The position numbers were made by a program, and so were the translations under genes. A DNA stretch of 64,000 nt from Eledone cirrhosa (taxonomy: Eukaryota): contig OZ024744.1 in assembly GCA_964016885.1 (NCBI GenBank), positions 930,001 to 994,000 on the forward strand, given 5' to 3'. Shown here one piece after another: positions 39,750-51,800 of the stretch (its first letter is position 1; each line of letters begins with the position of its first letter). The notes under the pieces are model-generated. The model worked only from the letters and a program-made list of their open reading frames with translations. It ran no database searches and was not told where the DNA came from.

Positions 39750-42700
39750 AGACAAAGTATAGAAAGATAGCTTGGTGAAGAACGGAGTTTTGGGGGAAGA
39801 CAATGTAGAGAAAGATAGCTTGATGAAGAACGAAGTTTTGGGGGAAGACAAGGTAGAGAAAGATAGCTTGGTGAAGAACGAAGTTTTGAGGGAAGACAAG
39901 GTAGAGAAAGATAGCTTGGTGAAGAACGAAGTTTTGGGGGAAGACAAGGTAGAGAAAGATAGCTTGGTGAAGAACGAAGTTTTGAGGGAAGACAAGGTAG
40001 AGAAAGATAGTTGGTGAAGAACGAAATTTTGAGCGAAGACAAGGTAGAGAAAGATAGCTTGGTGAAGAACGACGTTTTGAGGGAAGACAAGGTAGAGAAA
40101 GATAGCTTGGTGAAGAACGACGTTTTGAGGGAAGACAAGGTAGAGAAAGATAGCTTGGTGAAGAACGAAGTTTTGGGGGAAGACAAGGTAGAGAAAGATA
40201 GCTTGATGAAGTACGAAGTTTTGGGGGAAGACAAGGTAGAGAAAGATAGCTTGGTGAAGAACGACGTTTTGTGGGAAGACAAGGTAGAGAAACATAATTG
40301 GTGAAGAACGAAATTTTGAGGGAAGACAAGGTAGAGAAAGATAGCTTGGTGAAGAACGAAGTTTTGAGGGAAGACAAGGTAGAGAAAGATAGCTTGATGA
40401 AGAACGAAGTTTTGAGGGAAGACAAGGTAGAGAAAGATAGCTTGGTGAAGAACGAAGTTTTGGGGGAAGACAAGGTAGAGAAATATAGCTCGGTGAAGAA
40501 CGAAGTTTTGAGGGAAGACAAGGTAGAGAAAGATAGCTTGGTGAAGGACGAAGTTTTGGGGGAAGACAAGGTAGAGAAAGATAGCTTGGTGAAGAACGAA
40601 GTTTTGAGGGAAGACAAGGTAGAGAAAGATAGCTTGATGAAGAACGAAGTTTTGAGGGAAGACAAGGTAGAGAAAGATAGCTTGGTGAAGAACGAAGTTT
40701 TGGGGGAAGACAAGGTAGAGAAAGATAGCTTGGTGAAGAACGAAGTTTTGAGGGAAGACAAGGTAGTGAAAGATAGCTTGATGAAGTACGAAGTTTTGGG
40801 GGAAGACAAGGTAGAGAAAGATAGCTTGGTGAAGAACGAAGTTTTGAGGGAAGACAAGGTAGAGAAAGATAGCTTGATGAAGAACGAAGTTTTGAGGGAA
40901 GACAAGGTAGAGAAAGATAGCTTGGTGAAGAACGAAGTTTTGAGGGAAGACAAGGTAGAGAAAGATAGCTTGATGAAGAACGAAGTTTTGAGGGAAGACA
41001 AGGTAGAGAAAGATAGCTTGATGAAGTACGAAGTTTTGGGGGAAGACAAGGTAGAGAAAGAAATATTGGTGAAGAACGAAGTTTTGAGGGAAGACAAGGT
41101 AGAGAAAGATAGCTTGATGAAGAACGAAGTTTTGAGGGAAGACAAGGTAGAGAAAGATAGCTTGGTGAAGAACGAAATTTTGAGGGAGGACAAAGTATAG
41201 AAAGATAGCTTGGTGAAGAACGAAGTTTTGAGGGAAGACAATGTAGAGAAAGATAGCTTGATGAAGAACGAAGTTTTGAGGGAAGACAAGGTAGAGAAAG
41301 ATAGCTTGATGAAGTACAAAGTTTTGGGGGAAGACAAGGTAGAGAAAGATAGCTTGGTGAAGAACGAAGTTTTGAGGGAAGACAAGGTAGAGAAAGATAG
41401 CTTGATGAAGTACAAAGTTTTGGGGGAAGACAAGGTAGAGAAAGATAGCTTGGTGAAGAACGAAGTTTTGAGGGAAGACAAGGTAGAGAAAGATAGCTTG
41501 ATGAAGAACGAAGTTTTGAGGGAAGACAAGGTAGAGAAAGATAGCTTGGTGAAGAACGAAGTTTTGAGGGAAGACAAAGTATAGAAAGATAGCTTGGTGA
41601 AGAACGAAGTTTTGGGGGAAGACAAGGTAGAGAAAGATAGCTTGATGAAGAACGAAGTTTTGGGGGAAGACAAGGTAGAGAAAGATAGCTTGGTGAAGAA
41701 CGAAGTTTTGAGGGAAGACAAGGTAGAGAAAGATAGCTTGGTGAAGAACGAAGTTTTGGGGGAAGACAAGGTAGAGAAAGATAGCTTGGTGAAGAACGAA
41801 GTTTTGAGGGAAGACAAGGTAGAGAAAGATAGTTGGTGAAGAACGAAATTTTGAGCGAAGACAAGGTAGAGAAAGATAGCTTGGTGAAGAACGACGTTTT
41901 GAGGGAAGACAAGGTAGAGAAAGATAGCTTGGTGAAGAACGACGTTTTGAGGGAAGACAAGGTAGAGAAAGATAGCTTGGTGAAGAACGAAGTTTTGAGG
42001 GTAGACAAAGTATAGAAAGATAGCTTGGTGAAGAACGGAGTTTTGGGGGAAGACAATGTAGAGAAAGATAGCTTGATGAAGAACGAAGTTTTGGGGGAAG
42101 ACAAGGTAGAGAAAGATAGCTTGGTGAAGAACGAAGTTTTGAGGGAAGACAAGGTAGAGAAAGATAGCTTGGTGAAGAACGAAGTTTTGGGGGAAGACAA
42201 GGTAGAGAAAGATAGCTTGGTGAAGAACGAAGTTTTGAGGGAAGACAAGGTAGAGAAAGATAGTTGGTGAAGAACGAAATTTTGAGCGAAGACAAGGTAG
42301 AGAAAGATAGCTTGGTGAAGAACGACGTTTTGAGGGAAGACAAGGTAGAGAAAGATAGCTTGGTGAAGAACGACGTTTTGAGGGAAGACAAGGTAGAGAA
42401 AGATAGCTTGGTGAAGAACGAAGTTTTGGGGGAAGACAAGGTAGAGAAAGATAGCTTGATGAAGTACGAAGTTTTGGGGGAAGACAAGGTAGAGAAAGAT
42501 AGCTTGGTGAAGAACGACGTTTTGTGGGAAGACAAGGTAGAGAAACATAATTGGTGAAGAACGAAATTTTGAGGGAAGACAAGGTAGAGAAAGATAGCTT
42601 GGTGAAGAACGAAGTTTTGAGGGAAGACAAGGTAGAGAAAGATAGCTTGATGAAGAACGAAGTTTTGAGGGAAGACAAGGTAGAGAAAGATAGCTTGGTG

Positions 42701-44250
42701 AAGAACGAAGTTTTGGGGGAAGACAAGGTAGAGAAATATAGCTCGGTGAAGAACGAAGTTTTGAGGGAAGACAAGGTAGAGAAAGATAGCTTGGTGAAGG
42801 ACGAAGTTTTGGGGGAAGACAAGGTAGAGAAAGATAGCTTGGTGAAGAACGAAGTTTTGAGGGAAGACAAGGTAGAGAAAGATAGCTTGATGAAGAACGA
42901 AGTTTTGAGGGAAGACAAGGTAGAGAAAGATAGCTTGGTGAAGAACGAAGTTTTGGGGGAAGACAAGGTAGAGAAAGATAGCTTGGTGAAGAACGAAGTT
43001 TTGAGGGAAGACAAGGTAGTGAAAGATAGCTTGATGAAGTACGAAGTTTTGGGGGAAGACAAGGTAGAGAAAGATAGCTTGGTGAAGAACGAAGTTTTGA
43101 GGGAAGACAAGGTAGAGAAAGATAGCTTGATGAAGAACGAAGTTTTGAGGGAAGACAAGGTAGAGAAAGATAGCTTGGTGAAGAACGAAGTTTTGAGGGA
43201 AGACAAGGTAGAGAAAGATAGCTTGATGAAGAACGAAGTTTTGAGGGAAGACAAGGTAGAGAAAGATAGCTTGATGAAGTACGAAGTTTTGGGGGAAGAC
43301 AAGGTAGAGAAAGAAATATTGGTGAAGAACGAAGTTTTGAGGGAAGACAAGGTAGAGAAAGATAGCTTGATGAAGAACGAAGTTTTGAGGGAAGACAAGG
43401 TAGAGAAAGATAGCTTGGTGAAGAACGAAATTTTGAGGGAGGACAAAGTATAGAAAGATAGCTTGGTGAAGAACGAAGTTTTGAGGGAAGACAATGTAGA
43501 GAAAGATAGCTTGATGAAGAACGAAGTTTTGAGGGAAGACAAGGTAGAGAAAGATAGCTTGATGAAGTACAAAGTTTTGGGGGAAGACAAGGTAGAGAAA
43601 GATAGCTTGGTGAAGAACGAAGTTTTGAGGGAAGACAAGGTAGAGAAAGATAGCTTGATGAAGTACAAAGTTTTGGGGGAAGACAAGGTAGAGAAAGATA
43701 GCTTGGTGAAGAACGAAGTTTTGAGGGAAGACAAGGTAGAGAAAGATAGCTTGATGAAGAACGAAGTTTTGAGGGAAGACAAGGTAGAGAAAGATAGCTT
43801 GGTGAAGAACGAAGTTTTGAGGGAAGACAAAGTATAGAAAGATAGCTTGGTGAAGAACGAAGTTTTGGGGGAAGACAAGGTAGAGAAAGATAGCTTGATG
43901 AAGAACGAAGTTTTGGGGGAAGACAAGGTAGAGAAAGATAGCTTGGTGAAGAACGAAGTTTTGAGGGAAGACAAGGTAGAGAAAGATAGCTTGGTGAAGA
44001 ACGAAGTTTTGGGGGAAGACAAGGTAGAGAAAGATAGCTTGGTGAAGAACGAAGTTTTGAGGGAAGACAAGGTAGAGAAAGATAGTTGGTGAAGAACGAA
44101 ATTTTGAGCGAAGACAAGGTAGAGAAAGATAGCTTGGTGAAGAACGACGTTTTGAGGGAAGACAAGGTAGAGAAAGATAGCTTGGTGAAGAACGACGTTT
44201 TGAGGGAAGACAAGGTAGAGAAAGATAGCTTGGTGAAGAACGAAGTTTTG
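39750..44250 (+). repeat. Tandem duplication, period 2253 bp (47 monomers)
   Basis: 39772/42025, 40011/42264, 40298/42551, 41210/43463 and 41594/43847 match. There is a junction-like truncated cassette at 41833-42015. Confidence 0.87.
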
Positions 44251-47200
44251 GGGGAAGACAAGGTAGAGAAAGATAGCTTGATGAAGTACGAAGTTTTGGG
44301 GGAAGACAAGGTAGAGAAAGATAGCTTGGTGAAGAACGACGTTTTGTGGGAAGACAAGGTAGAGAAACATAGTTGGTGAAGAACGAAATTTTGAGGGAAG
44401 ACAAGGTAGAGAAAGATAGCTTGGTGAAGAACGAAGTTTTGAGGGAAGACAAGGTAGAGAAAGATAGCTTGATGAAGAACGAAGTTTTGAGGGAAGACAA
44501 GGTAGAGAAAGATAGCTTGGTGAAGAACGAAGTTTTGGGGGAAGACAAGGTAGAGAAATATAGCTCGGTGAAGAACGAAGTTTTGAGGGAAGACAAGGTA
44601 GAGAAAGATAGCTTGGTGAAGGACGAAGTTTTGGGGGAAGACAAGGTAGAGAAAGATAGCTTGGTGAAGAACGAAGTTTTGAGGGAAGACAAGGTAGAGA
44701 AAGATAGCTTGATGAAGAACGAAGTTTTGAGGGAAGACAAGGTAGAGAAAGATAGCTTGGTGAAGAACGAAGTTTTGGGGGAAGACAAGGTAGAGAAAGA
44801 TAGCTTGGTGAAGAACGAATTTTTGAGGGAAGACAAGGTAGAGAAAGATAGCTTGATGAAGAACGAAGTTTTGAGGGAAGACAAGGTAGAGAAAGATAGC
44901 TTGGTGAAGAACGAAGTTTTGAGGGAAGACAAAGTATAGAAAGATAGCTTGGTGAAGAACGGAGTTTTGGGGGAAGACAATGTAGAGAAAGATAGCTTGA
45001 TGAAGAACGAAGTTTTGGGGGAAGACAAGGTAGAGAAAGATAGCTTGGTGAAGAACGAAGTTTTGAGGGAAGACAAGGTAGAGAAAGATAGCTTGGTGAA
45101 GAACGAAGTTTTGGGGGAAGACAAGGTAGAGAAAGATAGCTTGGTGAAGAACGAAGTTTTGAGGGAAGACAAGGTAGAGAAAGATAGTTGGTGAAGAACG
45201 AAATTTTGAGCGAAGACAAGGTAGAGAAAGATAGCTTGGTGAAGAACGACGTTTTGAGGGAAGACAAGGTAGAGAAAGATAGCTTGGTGAAGAACGACGT
45301 TTTGAGGGAAGACAAGGTAGAGAAAGATAGCTTGGTGAAGAACGAAGTTTTGGGGGAAGACAAGGTAGAGAAAGATAGCTTGATGAAGTACGAAGTTTTG
45401 GGGGAAGACAAGGTAGAGAAAGATAGCTTGGTGAAGAACGACGTTTTGTGGGAAGACAAGGTAGAGAAACATAATTGGTGAAGAACGAAATTTTGAGGGA
45501 AGACAAGGTAGAGAAAGATAGCTTGGTGAAGAACGAAGTTTTGAGGGAAGACAAGGTAGAGAAAGATAGCTTGATGAAGAACGAAGTTTTGAGGGAAGAC
45601 AAGGTAGAGAAAGATAGCTTGGTGAAGAACGAAGTTTTGGGGGAAGACAAGGTAGAGAAATATAGCTCGGTGAAGAACGAAGTTTTGAGGGAAGACAAGG
45701 TAGAGAAAGATAGCTTGGTGAAGGACGAAGTTTTGGGGGAAGACAAGGTAGAGAAAGATAGCTTGGTGAAGAACGAAGTTTTGAGGGAAGACAAGGTAGA
45801 GAAAGATAGCTTGATGAAGAACGAAGTTTTGAGGGAAGACAAGGTAGAGAAAGATAGCTTGGTGAAGAACGAAGTTTTGGGGGAAGACAAGGTAGAGAAA
45901 GATAGCTTGGTGAAGAACGAAGTTTTGAGGGAAGACAAGGTAGTGAAAGATAGCTTGATGAAGTACGAAGTTTTGGGGGAAGACAAGGTAGAGAAAGATA
46001 GCTTGGTGAAGAACGAAGTTTTGAGGGAAGACAAGGTAGAGAAAGATAGCTTGATGAAGAACGAAGTTTTGAGGGAAGACAAGGTAGAGAAAGATAGCTT
46101 GGTGAAGAACGAAGTTTTGAGGGAAGACAAGGTAGAGAAAGATAGCTTGATGAAGAACGAAGTTTTGAGGGAAGACAAGGTAGAGAAAGATAGCTTGATG
46201 AAGTACGAAGTTTTGGGGGAAGACAAGGTAGAGAAAGAAATATTGGTGAAGAACGAAGTTTTGAGGGAAGACAAGGTAGAGAAAGATAGCTTGATGAAGA
46301 ACGAAGTTTTGAGGGAAGACAAGGTAGAGAAAGATAGCTTGGTGAAGAACGAAATTTTGAGGGAGGACAAAGTATAGAAAGATAGCTTGGTGAAGAACGA
46401 AGTTTTGAGGGAAGACAATGTAGAGAAAGATAGCTTGATGAAGAACGAAGTTTTGAGGGAAGACAAGGTAGAGAAAGATAGCTTGATGAAGTACAAAGTT
46501 TTGGGGGAAGACAAGGTAGAGAAAGATAGCTTGGTGAAGAACGAAGTTTTGAGGGAAGACAAGGTAGAGAAAGATAGCTTGATGAAGAACGAAGTTTTGA
46601 GGGAAGACAAGGTAGAGAAAGATAGCTTGGTGAAGAACGAAGTTTTGAGGGAAGACAAAGTATAGAAAGATAGCTTGGTGAAGAACGAAGTTTTGGGGGA
46701 AGACAAGGTAGAGAAAGATAGCTTGATGAAGAACGAAGTTTTGGGGGAAGACAAGGTAGAGAAAGATAGCTTGGTGAAGAACGAAGTTTTGAGGGAAGAC
46801 AAGGTAGAGAAAGATAGCTTGGTGAAGAACGAAGTTTTGGGGGAAGACAAGGTAGAGAAAGATAGCTTGGTGAAGAACGAAGTTTTGAGGGAAGACAAGG
46901 TAGAGAAAGATAGTTGGTGAAGAACGAAATTTTGAGCGAAGACAAGGTAGAGAAAGATAGCTTGGTGAAGAACGACGTTTTGAGGGAAGACAAGGTAGAG
47001 AAAGATAGCTTGGTGAAGAACGACGTTTTGAGGGAAGACAAGGTAGAGAAAGATAGCTTGGTGAAGAACGAAGTTTTGGGGGAAGACAAGGTAGAGAAAG
47101 ATAGCTTGATGAAGTACGAAGTTTTGGGGGAAGACAAGGTAGAGAAAGATAGCTTGGTGAAGAACGACGTTTTGTGGGAAGACAAGGTAGAGAAACATAG

Positions 47201-50200
47201 TTGGTGAAGAACGAAATTTTGAGGGAAGACAAGGTAGAGAAAGATAGCTTGGTGAAGAACGAAGTTTTGAGGGAAGACAAGGTAGAGAAAGATAGCTTGA
47301 TGAAGAACGAAGTTTTGAGGGAAGACAAGGTAGAGAAAGATAGCTTGGTGAAGAACGAAGTTTTGGGGGAAGACAAGGTAGAGAAATATAGCTCGGTGAA
47401 GAACGAAGTTTTGAGGGAAGACAAGGTAGAGAAAGATAGCTTGGTGAAGGACGAAGTTTTGGGGGAAGACAAGGTAGAGAAAGATAGCTTGGTGAAGAAC
47501 GAAGTTTTGAGGGAAGACAAGGTAGAGAAAGATAGCTTGATGAAGAACGAAGTTTTGAGGGAAGACAAGGTAGAGAAAGATAGCTTGGTGAAGAACGAAG
47601 TTTTGGGGGAAGACAAGGTAGAATAAAGATAGCTTGGTGAAGAACGAATTTTTGAGGGAAGACAAGGTAGAGAAAGATAGCTTGATGAAGAACGAAGTTT
47701 TGAGGGAAGACAAGGTAGAGAAAGATAGCTTGGTGAAGAACGAAGTTTTGAGGGAAGACAATGTAGAGAAAGATAGCTTGATGAAGAACGAAGTTTTGGG
47801 GGAAGACAAGGTAGAGAAAGATAGCTTGGTGAAGAACGAAGTTTTGAGGGAAGACAAGGTAGAGAAAGATAGCTTGGTGAAGAACGAAGTTTTGGGGGAA
47901 GACAAGGTAGAGAAAGATAGCTTGGTGAAGAACGAAGTTTTGAGGGAAGACAAGGTAGAGAAAGATAGTTGGTGAAGAACGAAATTTTGAGCGAAGACAA
48001 GGTAGAGAAAGATAGCTTGGTGAAGAACGACGTTTTGAGGGAAGACAAGGTAGAGAAAGATAGCTTGGTGAAGAACGACGTTTTAAGGGAAGACAAGGTA
48101 GAGAAAGATAGCTTGGTGAAGAACGAAGTTTTGGGGGAAGACAAGGTAGAGAAAGATAGCTTGATGAAGTACGAAGTTTTGGGGGAAGACAAGGTAGAGA
48201 AAGATAGCTTGGTGAAGAACGACGTTTTGTGGGAAGACAAGGTAGAGAAACATAATTGGTGAAGAACGAAGTTTTGAGGGAAGACAAGGTAGAGAAAGAT
48301 AGCTTGATGAAGAACGAAGTTTTGAGGGAAGACAAGGTAGAGAAAGATAGCTTGGTGAAGAACGAAGTTTTGGGGGAAGACAAGGTAGAGAAATATAGCT
48401 CGGTGAAGAACGAAGTTTTGAGGGAAGACAAGGTAGAGAAAGATAGCTTGGTGAAGGACGAAGTTTTGGGGGAAGACAAGGTAGAGAAAGATAGCTTGGT
48501 GAAGAACGAAGTTTTGAGGGAAGACAAGGTAGAGAAAGATAGCTTGATGAAGAACGAAGTTTTGAGGGAAGACAAGGTAGAGAAAGATAGCTTGGTGAAG
48601 AACGAAGTTTTGGGGGAAGACAAGGTAGAGAAAGATAGCTTGGTGAAGAACGAAGTTTTGAGGGAAGACAAGGTAGTGAAAGATAGCTTGATGAAGTACG
48701 AAGTTTTGGGGGAAGACAAGGTAGAGAAAGATAGCTTGGTGAAGAACGAAGTTTTGAGGGAAGACAAGGTAGAGAAAGATAGCTTGATGAAGAACGAAGT
48801 TTTGAGGGAAGACAAGGTAGAGAAAGATAGCTTGGTGAAGAACGAAGTTTTGAGGGAAGACAAGGTAGAGAAAGATAGCTTGATGAAGAACGGAGTTTTG
48901 AGGGAAGACAAGGTAGAGAAAGATAGCTTGATGAAGTACGAAGTTTTGGGGGAAGACAAGGTAGAGAAAGAAATATTGGTGAAGAACGAAGTTTTGAGGG
49001 AAGACAAGGTAGAGAAAGATAGCTTGATGAAGAACGAAGTTTTGAGGGAAGACAAGGTAGAGAAAGATAGCTTGGTGAAGAACGAAATTTTGAGGGAGGA
49101 CAAAGTATAGAAAGATAGCTTGGTGAAGAACGAAGTTTTGGGTGAAGACAATGTAGAGAAAGATAGCTTGATGAAGAACGAAGTTTTGGGGGAAGACAAG
49201 GTAGAGAAAGATAGCTTGGTGAAGAACGAAGTTTTGAGGGAAGACAAGGTAGAGAAAGATAGCTTGGTGAAGAACGAAGTTTTGAGGGAAGACAAGGTAG
49301 AGAAAGATAGCTTGGTGAAGAACGACGTTTTGGGTGAAGACAATGTAGAGAAAGATAGCTTGATGAAGAACGAAGTTTTGGGGGAAGACAAGGTAGAGAA
49401 AGATAGCTTGGTGAAGAACGAAGTTTTGAGGGAAGACAAGGTAGAGAAAGATAGTTGGTGAAGAACGAAATTTTGAGCGAAGACAAGGTAGAGAAAGATA
49501 GCTTGGTGAAGAACGACGTTTTGAGGGAAGACAAGGTAGAGAAAGATAGCTTGGTGAAGAACGACGTTTTGAGGGAAGACAAGGTAGAGAAAGATAGCTT
49601 GGTGAAGAACGAAGTTTTGGGGGAAGACAAGGTAGAGAAAGATAGCTTGATGAAGTACGAAGTTTTGGGGGAAGACAAGGTAGAGAAAGATAGCTTGGTG
49701 AAGAACGACGTTTTGTGGGAAGACAAGGTAGAGAAACATAGTTGGTGAAGAACGAAATTTTGGGGGAAGACAAGGTAGAGAAAGATAGCTTGGTGAAGAA
49801 CGAAGTTTTGAGGGAAGACAAGGTAGAGAAAGATAGCTTGATGAAGAACGAAGTTTTGAGGGAAGACAAGGTAGAGAAAGATAGCTTGGTGAAGAACGAA
49901 GTTTTGGGGGAAGACAAGGTAGAGAAATATAGCTCGGTGAAGAACGAAGTTTTGAGGGAAGACAAGGTAGAGAAAGATAGCTTGGTGAAGGACGAAGTTT
50001 TGGGGGAAGACAAGGTAGAGAAAGATAGCTTGGTGAAGAACGAAGTTTTGGGGGAAGACAAGGTAGAGAAAGATAGCTTGGTGAAGAACGAAGTTTTGAG
50101 GGAAGACAAGGTAGAGAAAGATAGCTTGATGAAGAACGAAATTTTGAGGGAAGACAAGGTAGAGAAAGATAGCTTGGTGAAGAACGAAGTTTTGAGGGAA

Positions 50201-51800
50201 GACAAAGTATAGAAAGATAGCTTGGTGAAGAACGAAGTTTTGGGGGAAGACAATGTAGAGAAAGATAGCTTGATGAAGAACGAAGTTTTGGGGGAAGACA
50301 AGGTAGAGAAAGATAGCTTGGTGAAGAACGAAGTTTTGAGGGAAGACAAGGTAGAGAAAGATAGCTTGGTGAAGAACGAAGTTTTGGGGGAAGACAAGGT
50401 AGTGAAAGATAGCTTGGTGAAGAACGAAGTTTTGAGGAAAGACAAGGTAGAGAAAGATAGTTGGTGAAGAACGAAATTTTGAGCGAAGACAAGGTAGAGA
50501 AAGATAGCTTGGTGAAGAACGACGTTTTGAGGGAAGACAAGGTAGAGAAAGATAGCTTGGTGAAGAACGACGTTTTGAGGGAAGACAAGGTAGAGAAAGA
50601 TAGCTTGGTGAAGAACGAAGTTTTGGGGGAAGACAAGGTAGAGAAAGATAGCTTGATGAAGTACGAAGTTTTGGGGGAAGACAAGGTAGAGAAAGATAGC
50701 TTGGTGAAGAACGACGTTTTGTGGGAAGACAAGGTAGAGAAACATAATTGGTGAAGAACGAAGTTTTGAGGGAAGACAAGGTAGAGAAAGATAGCTTGAT
50801 GAAGAACGAAGTTTTGAGGGAAGACAAGGTAGAGAAAGATAGCTTGGTGAAGAACGAAGTTTTGGGGGAAGACAAGGTAGAGAAAGATAGCTTGGTGAAG
50901 AACGAAGTTTTGAGGGAAGACAAGGTAGAGAAAGATAGCTTGATGAAGTACGAAGTTTTGGGGGAAGACAAGGTAGAGAAAGATAGCTTGGTGAAGAACG
51001 AAGTTTTGAGGGAAGACAAGGTAGAGAAAGATAGCTTGATGAAGAACGAAGTTTTGAGGGAAGACAAGGTAGAGAAAGATAGCTTGGTGAAGAACGAAGT
51101 TTTGAGGGAAGACAAGGTAGAGAAAGATAGCTTGATGAAGAACGAAGTTTTGAGGGAAGACAAGGTAGAGAAAGATAGCTTGATGAAGTACGAAGTTTTG
51201 GGGGAAGACAAGGTAGAGAAAGAAATATTGGTGAAGAACGAAGTTTTGAGGGAAGACAAGGTAGAGAAAGATAGCTTGATGAAGAACGAAGTTTTGAGGG
51301 AAGACAAGGTAGAGAAAGATAGCTTGGTAAAGAACGAAATTTTGAGGGAGGACAAAGTATAGAAAGATAGCTTGGTGAAGAACGAAGTTTTGGGTGAAGA
51401 CAATGTAGAGAAAGATAGCTTGATGAAGAACGAAGTTTTGGGGGAAGACAAGGTAGAGAAAGATAGCTTGGTGAAGAACGAAGTTTTGAGGGAAGACAAG
51501 GTAGAGAAAGATAGCTTGGTGAAGAACGAAGTTTTGAGGGAAGACAAGGTAGAGAAAGATAGCTTGGTGAAGAACGACGTTTTGGGTGAAGACAATGTAG
51601 AGAAAGATAGCTTGATGAAGAACGAAGTTTTGGGGGAAGACAAGGTAGAGAAAGATAGCTTGGTGAAGAACGAAGTTTTGAGGGAAGACAAGGTAGAGAA
51701 AGATAGTTGGTGAAGAACGAAATTTTGAGCGAAGACAAGGTAGAGAAAGATAGCTTGGTGAAGAACGACGTTTTGAGGGAAGACAAGGTAGAGAAAGATA
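43650..51800 (+). repeat. Roughly 8-kb non-adjacent copy of about 27500-35650 (offset 16152/16200/16153)
   Basis: 27695/43847, 28221/44373 and 29036/45188 are at +16152. 30187/46387, 30714/46914 and 31001/47201 are at +16200. 31816/47969, 32103/48256, 33589/49742, 34595/50748 and 35554/51707 are at +16153. Confidence 0.85.
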
